DNA from: a virus
Taxonomy: Duplodnaviria > Caudoviricetes
Direction: 5' to 3' (one strand)
DNA: 64,000 nucleotides
IMG/VR virus record: IMGVR_UViG_3300009101_000006
Location: 3,247-67,246 of that record
The position numbers and the translations under genes were made by a program. The notes below the pieces were generated by a model that worked only from the letters and a program-made list of their open reading frames with translations, ran no database searches and was not told where the DNA came from. Below are positions 26,482 through 35,118 of this stretch, in pieces. Numbering within the stretch: the first letter of the stretch is position 1; each line of letters starts with the position of its first letter.

Positions 26482-27548
26482 TTCGCGTATCTCCTGCCGA
26501 GCCACGCGACGCACGCCTCGCGCCAGTCCGGTGCCTGGATCTGGAGAGCCTGTGTAATCGCCTCCTCGCGCTCGCCGCGTCTGTGATGCGCGTGAGCCAG
26601 CGCCGCAGTGCACGCCACGTCGGAGAACCACGCGTTCGAGAAGTCCGGGATCAGAGACGCGAAGGCATTGTCGTGCCACGTCATGAACACCCGGAGATCG
26701 TCGTCCCACGCGTCCCAGGCATCGCCGATCGGAGTGGAATCCGGAATCGGTAGCAGACGCTGGTACTCCGCCACGAGATCCTCGGGACTCCCGAGACGAT
26801 CGAGAGCGCCGACGTAGGCGTGGAAGTTGTTCGAGAACTGATACATCTTGCCGACGCCGACTCCGATGCGGCCGGCGAGATATTCCTGGAGCACGCTGAA
26901 GTGAACGGCGTTGGCGCCGTACGCGCCCCAGATCATGTCGTTGCTGCGACAGCAGACGGTCAGATCGAGAACAAGACCACGACATTCAGTCCCATCGTGC
27001 TCCATCTGGAATTCTCCGTCGCCGCGCACGCGAAGATAGACGTGCGTGTTGCACGGCCGATCCTTCCAGTTGCCGGTCAGATCAGCCCGGTAGATCTCGG
27101 GCTCCTGCGTCGGCAGCGAGAAGGGCCCCACGTCCCACATCTGTATCACGCACTGACGATCCTGAGGATTGCGCCGGAGCTTCTCGACCACGACGCGAAG
27201 TTGATCGATGCCCAGCCCGCCGCGCCATCGCTTGCCGTAAGCGCCGTGGATCACGCCGCCACGCTCCGCGAAGCGCGATCCGAAGTCTCGGACGTAGACG
27301 TCAAGAAACGCGGAGTCGTCGCGACCTGCGAGCATCCACAGACTCTCCATCAGGTGGAAGAACGGATTGGCGTCGCGCGTCGGCGACATGAGGACGCGTC
27401 GCGTCGGATTCTCGTAGACCGACACGACCGGGAACGGCGCGACGATCACGTCGCCCGCCCGGCTGGATTCGCGGTGACCGATCTCGGCCAGCATGATCGC
27501 TCCGAGCGACAGCATCTCGTTGACGTCGTATCCTTCGATGACAAACAT
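26478..27548 (-). CDS. Thymidylate-synthase-family dUMP hydroxymethylase (putative)
   Basis: NPFFHLMESLWMLAGRDD, GAYGKRW, DRPCN catalytic Cys, CRSND..WGAYGAN (Asn at the dUMP-specificity position), NNFHAY. Confidence 0.85.
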   Translation of the reverse strand: MFVIEGYDVNEMLSLGAIMLAEIGHRESSRAGDVIVAPFPVVSVYENPTRRVLMSPTRDANPFFHLMESLWMLAGRDDSAFLDVYVRDFGSRFAERGGVIHGAYGKRWRGGLGIDQLRVVVEKLRRNPQDRQCVIQMWDVGPFSLPTQEPEIYRADLTGNWKDRPCNTHVYLRVRGDGEFQMEHDGTECRGLVLDLTVCCRSNDMIWGAYGANAVHFSVLQEYLAGRIGVGVGKMYQFSNNFHAYVGALDRLGSPEDLVAEYQRLLPIPDSTPIGDAWDAWDDDLRVFMTWHDNAFASLIPDFSNAWFSDVACTAALAHAHHRRGEREEAITQALQIQAPDWREACVAWLGRRYAK

Positions 27549-27551
27549 GAG

Positions 27552-27929
27552 CTAGACTCCCTTCTTCTGAAGCTTTTTGACGACTTCCTTGAGCATGAAC
27601 ATATGCTCCCGTGTCTCCGGCGTGATCTCACCGAGCACGGCGACCAACTGATCGTACTCCCCGATCAACTCGCTCTCCATGCCGGTGACAACTCTGACGA
27701 ACTCGTTCCTGGCCTCCGGAGATCCCGGATCGATGACCGTGCCACCGATAGATCCCTGAACGATCAGCGCCAGGATGACCGTCTTCAGATACTCGTCACC
27801 GGCGTCGGCGCACAGACCGCAGGAGGATGCCGAATCGACGAACGCGCTTCTGACCATCTGCGCAGCGACGCACAGACGAGCACTCAATTCTCCATTCTGG
27901 CCGCACGAACAATCAGCCCTCTTGAACAT
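27552..27929 (-). CDS. Hypothetical protein
   Basis: GGAGG RBS; coupled within cluster. Confidence 0.6.
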   Translation of the reverse strand: MFKRADCSCGQNGELSARLCVAAQMVRSAFVDSASSCGLCADAGDEYLKTVILALIVQGSIGGTVIDPGSPEARNEFVRVVTGMESELIGEYDQLVAVLGEITPETREHMFMLKEVVKKLQKKGV

Positions 27930-28386
27930 TCTTGCCTCCGTTGAATTGGACAAAGAGTTCCTCGAGAAGAAGCCCCGCGAGCTCGCGGTGCCTCGAACTA
28001 TTGTACCACATATTTCTACCACTCGGATGCGGGAGTTGTCGCCACGTGGTCCCACCGATTATCTGCGGCTCGATCAGCAGTCGGGGGTGGCCGAAGCACC
28101 GACGCACGTCCTCGCCGAGCAGCACGACGACACGGTCAACGCCGAACAGCTCGGCGCTTATGCGCGCGGCCTCGTCGCGTCCCAGGGCACTGCTCCAGCT
28201 CCGTCCCGTGACGAGATTGCGCCGCTCGAACGTCTCGAGGTACGCGCGGCGCGAGACATGCGGCAGCCGACCCTGTAGCATCTTCCAGAGTCGGTGACCC
28301 GTGCAGCCCTCCGGATAAGGATAGAGCTGATGTCCGTCCTCGCTCGAGATCGGATTGTTCATGCCGATCAGGATGGGCTTCTTCAC
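27913..28386 (-). CDS. Uracil-DNA-glycosylase-superfamily protein
   Basis: ILIGMNNP...TGHRL...VVVLLG...LPHPSGRN motifs. Confidence 0.75.
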   Translation of the reverse strand: MKKPILIGMNNPISSEDGHQLYPYPEGCTGHRLWKMLQGRLPHVSRRAYLETFERRNLVTGRSWSSALGRDEAARISAELFGVDRVVVLLGEDVRRCFGHPRLLIEPQIIGGTTWRQLPHPSGRNMWYNSSRHRELAGLLLEELFVQFNGGKNVQEG

Positions 28387-29090
28387 GCTGCGTCTCCATC
28401 CACGATTCTGGCCCCGGACGCCGCGATGCTCTCTGGCGTTCCCCAGTCCAGGAACGAACTCGCGTGCGCGCACTTGAACACAGCGCTCATCTTGGCGAGC
28501 GCCGCCGACAGATACGGCTCGTTGTGATTGCGACACACGAACTGAAGCGCGTCGCGGAGCTGACGAGACGAGCGGAATGCCCACGCGCCGACCATGGCGT
28601 GGGCGCTGATCGCGCGCTTCTCCGCGAAGCGCGTGGGGAACGGGAAGCTGTTCACGTAGGAGTATGCCTCGGACTTGGACTCCGTCGTGAGAATTCCGAC
28701 GTCGGCACTATTGTAGGAGACCTGTTCGCACGTGCGCACAATGTCTTCGAGGCAGATCACCATGTCGCAGTTCATGACGAGCACCGGAACGTCAGCGAAT
28801 CGTTCCGGTGTCGTGGCGTCCAGGGCGCACAGTACGGCGTGCGCCTGCCCCCGCGAGTTGTGAACGACGATCGAGCAGTGCGGGGCGTCGGGTCCGACGG
28901 AGTGTGGATGAGCTGCGATCACGACCGGACCGACCGCGCTGAAAGGGATCTCGTCGAGAACCCAGTCCAGCATCTTCTTTTTCTCACCGTTGAACTCGAT
29001 CACGAGATCTGGTTTCGGGGTCGCGTAGCCCGCGTCGCGGAATCGCCGGCTGGTTCCGGCGGCTGGGACGATCAGTCTGAACTTGTTCAC
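28383..29090 (-). CDS. Sugar/alcohol-phosphate nucleotidyltransferase (NTP_transferase fold)
   Basis: LIVPAAGTSRRFRDAGYATPKP, VMNCD, FLDWGTPE. Confidence 0.85.
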   Translation of the reverse strand: MNKFRLIVPAAGTSRRFRDAGYATPKPDLVIEFNGEKKKMLDWVLDEIPFSAVGPVVIAAHPHSVGPDAPHCSIVVHNSRGQAHAVLCALDATTPERFADVPVLVMNCDMVICLEDIVRTCEQVSYNSADVGILTTESKSEAYSYVNSFPFPTRFAEKRAISAHAMVGAWAFRSSRQLRDALQFVCRNHNEPYLSAALAKMSAVFKCAHASSFLDWGTPESIAASGARIVDGDAA

Positions 29091-29749
29091 GACAAGTGCT
29101 CCCTCAGTTGGTCTCGGATGTGCGACGCCCAGACTCGCTCTTCCAGAGCGTTCGGCGACGCCGCGATCCTGGACATCATCACGAAGACCCAGAAAGCAAT
29201 TCTCGGGATCGTGTTGTTGCCGACGTACAGGAAGCTCGGCTCGTGCCAGACCACGTGCTCCGTCTGGTAGCCCGTCATGATCTCCCAGCCCATCATGGAC
29301 TGGACGATGCGCGCCTGATCGACGACAGCGATCTGCGGAACGCGCTCCGGGTAGACCGGGTCGCCGAACACCATCGTCCGACCGTGTTCGGTCTGCCGGA
29401 GCATGGTGTTGCAGAGCGTGAGGTCGCCGTGCACGGCGCACGGGCGCTCTCCGATCCACGTCCAGTCCGGCGCTTCGATCTCGAGAGTATCCCGAAGACA
29501 GGAGCGCCATTCTGCCGTTGACACAGACACTGCCGGACGATGATTCCAGAACGAGGCCGCGGCGATGTACGCGGCCTCGGACGCCCACTCCGGATCCGTA
29601 GGACACGGCAGCAGCAGCTCCATCGCGAAGCCGTCATCCCATCGCGCCAGAATCTCCGGAACGCGATCACTCGCGACGGCGGCGAGACGATCGAGATACT
29701 CGAGCTGACCCGCGCACTTCGGCCCCTGCTTGATCACCGCCAGATCCAT
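29087..29749 (-). CDS. APH/choline-kinase-like phosphotransferase (start may be further upstream)
   Basis: VIKQ, HGDLTLCNTML (Brenner motif), VFGDP. Confidence 0.8.
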   Translation of the reverse strand: MDLAVIKQGPKCAGQLEYLDRLAAVASDRVPEILARWDDGFAMELLLPCPTDPEWASEAAYIAAASFWNHRPAVSVSTAEWRSCLRDTLEIEAPDWTWIGERPCAVHGDLTLCNTMLRQTEHGRTMVFGDPVYPERVPQIAVVDQARIVQSMMGWEIMTGYQTEHVVWHEPSFLYVGNNTIPRIAFWVFVMMSRIAASPNALEERVWASHIRDQLREHLS

Positions 29750-30533
29750 CCTGCTCCCGCTTCTGCCCTTCTCGAAGGGCGGCCTCCCATCGAATGACCA
29801 CTTCGTTGCGGGGATGGCCCTTGTAATCTTTGCGGACCACGCGGACGAGTCCCGGATGAAGGCACGAAAGGAGTTCGGCGTCAGCGTCTGAAGACGCGGT
29901 GCTCCGCTGTCCTGTGCAGCCGCCGCGAGCGGCGTATTCGTTTGACTGCTCGGCGACGAAGGTGTGACAAACGGCATTGGGATAGCCCTTCCTGAGAAGC
30001 TGAAGAACGTAGTCCATGTCCTCGCGGGTCTCGATCCTGCCGCTGAGGTCGCACTCGCGACGCACGGTCGGCAGGTGATAGCCCAGAACGTACTGCATCC
30101 GCTTGGCGTGCTGCCAGCCGGGCTCCTTCGCGTTGTTGAACAGACGCGAGCCGAATCCCGCGTGTGCGTACTGTTGTGGCGCTGGTCCGATCATGTCGGC
30201 GAGCTGCCGAAACCAGTAGACCACCTCGTCTGCCGTCGGCGTGCGCAGGCGCTTCGGGTCCTCCTCGCGCTTGACGAAGAACCGGAGGTCGTCGTCCAGC
30301 ATCACGATGCGATCAGCGCCCCGCCAATCGCGCATGATCCGCGCGCGCTTGGCCGCGATCGTCATCGCATCGTCCTGCTGGACGACGACGCGCGCCCACG
30401 GGCGCATGTCCTCGTGACGATGCGCCTCGTTGGACGGACAGACGATGTAGATATCCTTGCGAAGCTCTCTCGGAAGCCTGTCGCACGTGAGAGCGAGGTC
30501 CCACCGACCCCGCGTCGGAATGATGATGTCCAC
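29667..30533 (-). CDS. GT-A-fold glycosyltransferase (TAGT/GREB1-like), paralogue 1
   Basis: IIIPTRGR, IVMLDDDLRF, EDMDY, GGC motifs. Confidence 0.8.
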   Translation of the reverse strand: MDIIIPTRGRWDLALTCDRLPRELRKDIYIVCPSNEAHRHEDMRPWARVVVQQDDAMTIAAKRARIMRDWRGADRIVMLDDDLRFFVKREEDPKRLRTPTADEVVYWFRQLADMIGPAPQQYAHAGFGSRLFNNAKEPGWQHAKRMQYVLGYHLPTVRRECDLSGRIETREDMDYVLQLLRKGYPNAVCHTFVAEQSNEYAARGGCTGQRSTASSDADAELLSCLHPGLVRVVRKDYKGHPRNEVVIRWEAALREGQKREQDGSGGDQAGAEVRGSARVSRSSRRRRE

Positions 30534-30544
30534 TGAAGTTCTCC

Positions 30545-31099
30545 CTAGAAGTCCTGGATCTGCTGCGCGTCGCCCTCGAACAGACGCCGAACGGTGGCGG
30601 CCGACTGCTCCCGGTCACCGACGTGCACATTGTAGCCCAGACGTCGGTACTCCGCAATCTCGCGAATTGCCTTACGGTGCGTGACACCGACGTAGTCCAC
30701 GGACCTGGACTGCCCCTTGGCCCGGAACCCCGCTTCGCACTCGGACAACGGCAGATCGACGAACACCAGATGCAGCTCCACGTCCCTCCTGTCGTGGAGA
30801 GCCCTCAGGTGGATCTTATCGTCGCGGTTGTTCATGCCCTCGAACAGAATGTCGTTCCCCATGTCCAGATATTTCCTAATCCAGGCGTGCGCCGCCCGCA
30901 GATCAAGCATCGTGTCGAGCCCGCCGTTCTGGATCTCGTAGTGTCCGGGGACGAACAGACCCTTGCCGGCAATATAACCCAGCGGCTTCCGCCGATGTAG
31001 AACATGAATCGCCTCGCACGAACCGCGATCGTTCATGTAGCTGCGAACGAGAGTGGATTTCCCGGCGCCGCACGCGCCACGCACGTTGACGACGATCAT
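30545..31099 (-). CDS. P-loop nucleotide kinase
   Basis: RGACGAGKST Walker A, GHY..QNGGLDT, ILFEG. Confidence 0.85.
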   Translation of the reverse strand: MIVVNVRGACGAGKSTLVRSYMNDRGSCEAIHVLHRRKPLGYIAGKGLFVPGHYEIQNGGLDTMLDLRAAHAWIRKYLDMGNDILFEGMNNRDDKIHLRALHDRRDVELHLVFVDLPLSECEAGFRAKGQSRSVDYVGVTHRKAIREIAEYRRLGYNVHVGDREQSAATVRRLFEGDAQQIQDF

Positions 31100-31851
31100 C
31101 GATAAGCCCTCGCCCAGTTAACACGAGTCGACCATCCAGAGATCGAGCTCTTGTTGTCCGTGTTGATGCTGACCGTGTCCGGCCACAAGCGTGCAAACTT
31201 CTCGAACTCCGCGCGCTCGAACTCCGGCGTTCTCCAAGTCGAGCACCCCCCGCTCGCGTTGTACTTGCTTCCCTTTGTCCAGTCGGTGAGGACGATCGGC
31301 TTGTACCCCGAGCGCGCGAGCTGGAGATGGAGGTCGTGTTCCTCGTTGATCGCGAGCCGAAAGGCGGGGGAATACTTCTCGCGCGCGAACAGGTAGTGTC
31401 CGAGGTCGTAGGCGAGCACCTGATTGTAGCGTCCACCGACCTTGTGCCCGCGCGGCTGGTGTTGACACATGAACTCGTCGGCGATGCCCGCGTGCGGCGT
31501 CGTGGCGAGCGCGATGCCGAGCGTGCGGATCATGAGAGAAATGTCATCGGGCTTCGCGGACACGAATCTGTCGTCCGTGGCATAGCGACGTCGGAACCTG
31601 AGGTCGTCGTCCAGCATCACGATCTTGTGGCCTCGCCACTTGTTGATGATCCACTGGCGCTTCTGGCCGATGTGACTGCACTCGACGCCGTGGATCTTCA
31701 CGTCGAATCTTGAGCGATGTTCCAGCACGGCCTTCGCGTAGTCCTGCGCCTCGGTCGTCGGCACGACGATGTTCACGGAGGTGCCGTGCTCGATGCTGTC
31801 GAGCGTTCGGACTGCGTTCGCGCGTCCGCGACTCGGTATCACGATGATCAT
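31096..31851 (-). CDS. GT-A-fold glycosyltransferase (TAGT/GREB1-like), paralogue 2
   Basis: IVIPSRGR, IVMLDDDLRF, EEHD, GGCS motifs. Confidence 0.8.
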   Translation of the reverse strand: MIIVIPSRGRANAVRTLDSIEHGTSVNIVVPTTEAQDYAKAVLEHRSRFDVKIHGVECSHIGQKRQWIINKWRGHKIVMLDDDLRFRRRYATDDRFVSAKPDDISLMIRTLGIALATTPHAGIADEFMCQHQPRGHKVGGRYNQVLAYDLGHYLFAREKYSPAFRLAINEEHDLHLQLARSGYKPIVLTDWTKGSKYNASGGCSTWRTPEFERAEFEKFARLWPDTVSINTDNKSSISGWSTRVNWARAYR

Positions 31852-32135
31852 GCGTTGTCCTTTCTTAGCGTGAGAACGACCACGTCTCCAATCTGGAGTC
31901 CGACCGGCTTGCGCGAGATGATTTTCTGCGAATCGGCCTTCTTCCCGTGTTCGGGGTTGAAGAACGGCGCCGTCACGCGCATGCTCGCCGGCCACCCCTC
32001 GAACGTCGCCCACCATCCCTCGGATTCGGTCTCGAAGATCGCGTCCTGGCCGTAGCCCGACACGTACCGGCGCCGGACCTTCTCCTCCAGGGACACGATC
32101 TTGGCTCGAAAAGATGCTTCGAATATGGTTGTCAC
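31848..32135 (-). CDS. Hypothetical protein
   Basis: GTGA overlap with upstream stop; 95 aa. Confidence 0.6.
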   Translation of the reverse strand: MTTIFEASFRAKIVSLEEKVRRRYVSGYGQDAIFETESEGWWATFEGWPASMRVTAPFFNPEHGKKADSQKIISRKPVGLQIGDVVVLTLRKDNA

Positions 32136-33070
32136 TGGAATCTCCCCTTCATCCTGCCCTGCCCGAGCCTGACGCGCTCGTACTTGTCGAACTCGCAGAG
32201 AGTATGCTCCACGTCGCGCAGCTCCCAGAGCGGCCACTCTCGGGGCCACATTCTAGCACCGCGCGAGAGCACCAGCAACTCCCGCATGCCCCCGATCAGC
32301 TCCTCGCGGGACATGGTCTTGTCCTTGTAGTCCTTTCCGAGAACGCGGTTGAGTCCGCGCCGGGCGCCAGGACCGGGATTTGCCCAAGTCATGATGTCTG
32401 GAGCACGTTCGAGCAGCCGCGTGTGACGAAGATCCGTTACGATCTCGTAGCTGTGAAACCTTCCAAGATAGTCGTGACACGACAACCACTCCCAGACATA
32501 TTCCAGTGGCTGGGAAGTCTGTGCGAGTGTCACGGCGAATTGTCGCCACTTGACTTCGTTGTCGTTGTTGACAAATTTGTTCAGAATCTCGAGCACACCG
32601 TTCAGCTTCGTGTACCCCGGTGGACTGCTGATAATATATGCGCCGGTCACATATGGACCGGAGCCGCAGTGCGCGAGGATCGCTCTTCGCAGATGCGCCA
32701 CCTTGCCCGTGTGCAAGAACAGATCGAACGCCGTGACATAGTCGTAGTCACTCCGTGTACGGAAGACAGAGCGCATACCGCCCATGCCTACCATGTCCGT
32801 CTGACAGAAGATCGCCTCGCCGGTGCTGATGCGGTTGAACATGCGGAACACGACCGTGGCGAGAAGCACCTCCGGCCGGTTCCGCAGTGGATCGCGGACG
32901 TGCTCGCGGAACCACTTCGTGGTCCGGTCGTCCTCGCGGAACACGTTGCAGAATCTTCCGGTCTGGAGGATCTTGTCCCGTGTCCACGGACGAGGGAGTC
33001 CAGCCGACCGGTTCAGGTGGATCTGGTATCGCTCTCTCGCGTACTCGAAGAACCGATCGGCTCGTTTCAT
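32132..33070 (-). CDS. 5-hydroxymethyluracil DNA kinase-like protein (aGPT-Pplase1 / HMUDK helical family)
   Basis: ERYQI...PWTRDKIL...RFCNVFREDDRTT...FRMFN, F.SYEIVTDL, PGPGARRGL, EHTLCEFDKY. Confidence 0.85.
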   Translation of the reverse strand: MKRADRFFEYARERYQIHLNRSAGLPRPWTRDKILQTGRFCNVFREDDRTTKWFREHVRDPLRNRPEVLLATVVFRMFNRISTGEAIFCQTDMVGMGGMRSVFRTRSDYDYVTAFDLFLHTGKVAHLRRAILAHCGSGPYVTGAYIISSPPGYTKLNGVLEILNKFVNNDNEVKWRQFAVTLAQTSQPLEYVWEWLSCHDYLGRFHSYEIVTDLRHTRLLERAPDIMTWANPGPGARRGLNRVLGKDYKDKTMSREELIGGMRELLVLSRGARMWPREWPLWELRDVEHTLCEFDKYERVRLGQGRMKGRFQ

Positions 33071-33083
33071 GACTTCCTCCGTC

Positions 33084-33440
33084 CTACTTGTCGAGAGCGT
33101 CGAAGGTCTGCGTGACGACCAGCGGCGACGCGTAGTACCTGTTCACCAGCTTCTTGATCAGCACGATGTCGTCGCCGGCGATTCCGCCGGTCTCGCCGTT
33201 CGAGATCTTCATGGCCAGACGCCCTCGACGAACCTTCTCGTCGGCCGGGAGCTCGCTCTCGTCCTTGTAGGGCGCCAGCAACGCGTTCATCGTGACCGTA
33301 CGGACGGTCAGAGTCACCTCCTTGCCCGCGTCGTCCTTGAGAGGTGTTCCGTCGACGTTGACGATCCGGGCGTTGAAATCGGCCGCCATCGCTGCGGAGG
33401 GAAGCAATGCAACAACCGCGATCAGTGCAAATCTTTTCAT
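33084..33440 (-). CDS. Signal-peptide hypothetical protein
   Basis: MKRFALIAVVALLPSAAMA|A. Confidence 0.7.
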   Translation of the reverse strand: MKRFALIAVVALLPSAAMAADFNARIVNVDGTPLKDDAGKEVTLTVRTVTMNALLAPYKDESELPADEKVRRGRLAMKISNGETGGIAGDDIVLIKKLVNRYYASPLVVTQTFDALDK

Positions 33441-33448
33441 GATAGTAC

Positions 33449-34024
33449 CTACTCCTCGGAGTTGATCTTGAGACGACGATAGGCCACCTGGACGCACCGA
33501 GCCTGATGCTTGGCGTCGTCCAGGGCATTGTGATGCGTGCCGCCGCGCGGCGGCATGCTGCTCGGACCCATGCCGGCGAGTCCGTACGCAGTGCGCGTGC
33601 ACCGCGAGTCCCAGAACTTCCACGGCATGTCTGGGTCTCCCCTGCGATCGACCACGCCGAGCTTGATCGCGACCGCGTCCAGGATCGGCTGGTCGAAGTT
33701 GGCGCCCTGGGACCACGGACGAGACGCGTAGTTTCCGCGAGCAAACTTCAGGAACATCTGGAACGCCTCGCGAACGTGGCGCTGATCGTTCTCAAGGCTG
33801 ATCTGCGCGTCCCTCGACTGTTTCGACCACCAGTCCGCGGTCGACTGGTCGATCAACAGTCCCACCTCCTCGCAGCTCTCGCGATTGACGTTGACGTAGA
33901 ACTCCGCGCCGATCTCGGTGCTCATCGGGTCGAACATCACGGCGCCGATGCTCCGGATCGCGCAGCCAGGGCGCTTTCCCCAGGTCTCCAGATCCAGCAT
34001 CAGGTCTCTCATGACACGTGTCAT
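33449..34024 (-). CDS. DEDD 3'-5' exonuclease (Rv2179c/DUF5051-like)
   Basis: MLDLET, IRSIGAV, WSQGANFD, WKFWDSRCTRT, HNALDDA. Confidence 0.85.
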   Translation of the reverse strand: MTRVMRDLMLDLETWGKRPGCAIRSIGAVMFDPMSTEIGAEFYVNVNRESCEEVGLLIDQSTADWWSKQSRDAQISLENDQRHVREAFQMFLKFARGNYASRPWSQGANFDQPILDAVAIKLGVVDRRGDPDMPWKFWDSRCTRTAYGLAGMGPSSMPPRGGTHHNALDDAKHQARCVQVAYRRLKINSEE

Positions 34025-34335
34025 TCGTCTTCTTCCTTCCTCTTTGCTCCGGCCTTGAAAAGCAAGTCCCGGATCTCGTTGAACTTCTTCTGCATCGCGA
34101 CGATCTTCTCCGCCTTCTCGCGCTTGAGTTCCAGCGGAATCTTCTCGTCCTCGATTCCCATGATCATCGCTAGACACATGCGCGTGTTGGCGTCGCAGTT
34201 CTCGACGACGAAGGACGCCTGCTCGTGCGTGAGATTGAGCACGATGTCCGGCGGGTTGTTAGACAGCGTGGTCGGAGGCCCCGGACGCTCGACCAGCTTC
34301 GAGCCTGGAGGAGCTATGTACGTTCTTCTCGTCAT
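34021..34335 (-). CDS. Hypothetical protein
   Basis: GGAGGAG RBS; coupled. Confidence 0.65.
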   Translation of the reverse strand: MTRRTYIAPPGSKLVERPGPPTTLSNNPPDIVLNLTHEQASFVVENCDANTRMCLAMIMGIEDEKIPLELKREKAEKIVAMQKKFNEIRDLLFKAGAKRKEEDE

Positions 34336-34529
34336 GTCTCCTCCCGTTTCTTATGTGAAAGTCTCCACTCAGGGAACCACGCCTCCTGAAGTACTCCGTT
34401 AGAGAACCACGAACACTGGATCTGAAGCCCAGTCATATACAAGGAAAAACCCACTACAGTCATGATGATCGAACTTTCATCATCTACACAGACCTTGTCC
34501 TTGAAGTCGAAATTAGAGAAACACTGCAT
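34332..34529 (-). CDS. Small SH3-like protein (YodC/DUF2158-like)
   Basis: FKDKV...MTV...CSWF...F.E..L. Confidence 0.55.
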   Translation of the reverse strand: MQCFSNFDFKDKVCVDDESSIIMTVVGFSLYMTGLQIQCSWFSNGVLQEAWFPEWRLSHKKREET

Positions 34530-34732
34530 CAGTCGTCTCCCACGATGTCAGCCATGCCACGCCACAGACGATAGCTGTCCGGCTTCACCTCGAACCAGTC
34601 GAAGCTGCTGCGCTTCGGGTCGTTCCTGAGCTTGTCCCGCATGGCGATCGCGTCCACCTCGCTGATGTTCTCGGCGATGAGACGCTCGGCCTCGGATTCG
34701 ATGTTGTAGTTCGATGTTCGCACGACCTTCAT
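34529..34732 (-). CDS. Small hypothetical protein
   Basis: Coupled ORF. Confidence 0.55.
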   Translation of the reverse strand: MKVVRTSNYNIESEAERLIAENISEVDAIAMRDKLRNDPKRSSFDWFEVKPDSYRLWRGMADIVGDD

Positions 34733-35118
34733 GTATCGTTCTCCCGTCCAATCGCGACGATCCCTTCTACCAACGCTTCCGCCTCGTGCATGAACGAGGG
34801 CTCCAGGTACTCGGCATTCCTGACGCATCCGACTGGTCCAAGAGTCTCGACAGTCTCGCGAATCATGGAAAGAGCTTCCCACGCTTCTCGGTATTTCCTG
34901 CGGTATATCTGTTGAGAGTCCTCTGACTGCTTGAGAACCTTCTTGTTGTTTCGATACTCACCTGTCACGCCGATTCTTACAAAACCAAACGGTACGTGGA
35001 TCTCGAGATTTGGAACCGAGAAATCTACGTGAATGCCGAACTGCACGAAATTCCACCAGCCGTTGTGCCAGAAGTAAGCGCAGTACTTGTGACCGCGATA
35101 GCCATAGGCTCTGTACAT
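34729..35118 (-). CDS. Hypothetical protein
   Basis: TGATG coupling after helicase. Confidence 0.6.
   Translation of the reverse strand: MYRAYGYRGHKYCAYFWHNGWWNFVQFGIHVDFSVPNLEIHVPFGFVRIGVTGEYRNNKKVLKQSEDSQQIYRRKYREAWEALSMIRETVETLGPVGCVRNAEYLEPSFMHEAEALVEGIVAIGRENDT

Noticed and set aside
26478-27548. Annotation as ordinary thyA
   Set aside because: Divergent motifs and the neighbouring hmU DNA kinase-like gene argue for a hydroxymethylase; not proven without an assay.
24602-33070. 7-deazaguanine (dpdA/queCDE), 2-aminoadenine (purZ) or 5hmC/TET pathways
   Set aside because: None of these genes is recognisable, and the TS homologue has Asn rather than Asp at the specificity site, which favours dUMP over dCMP.
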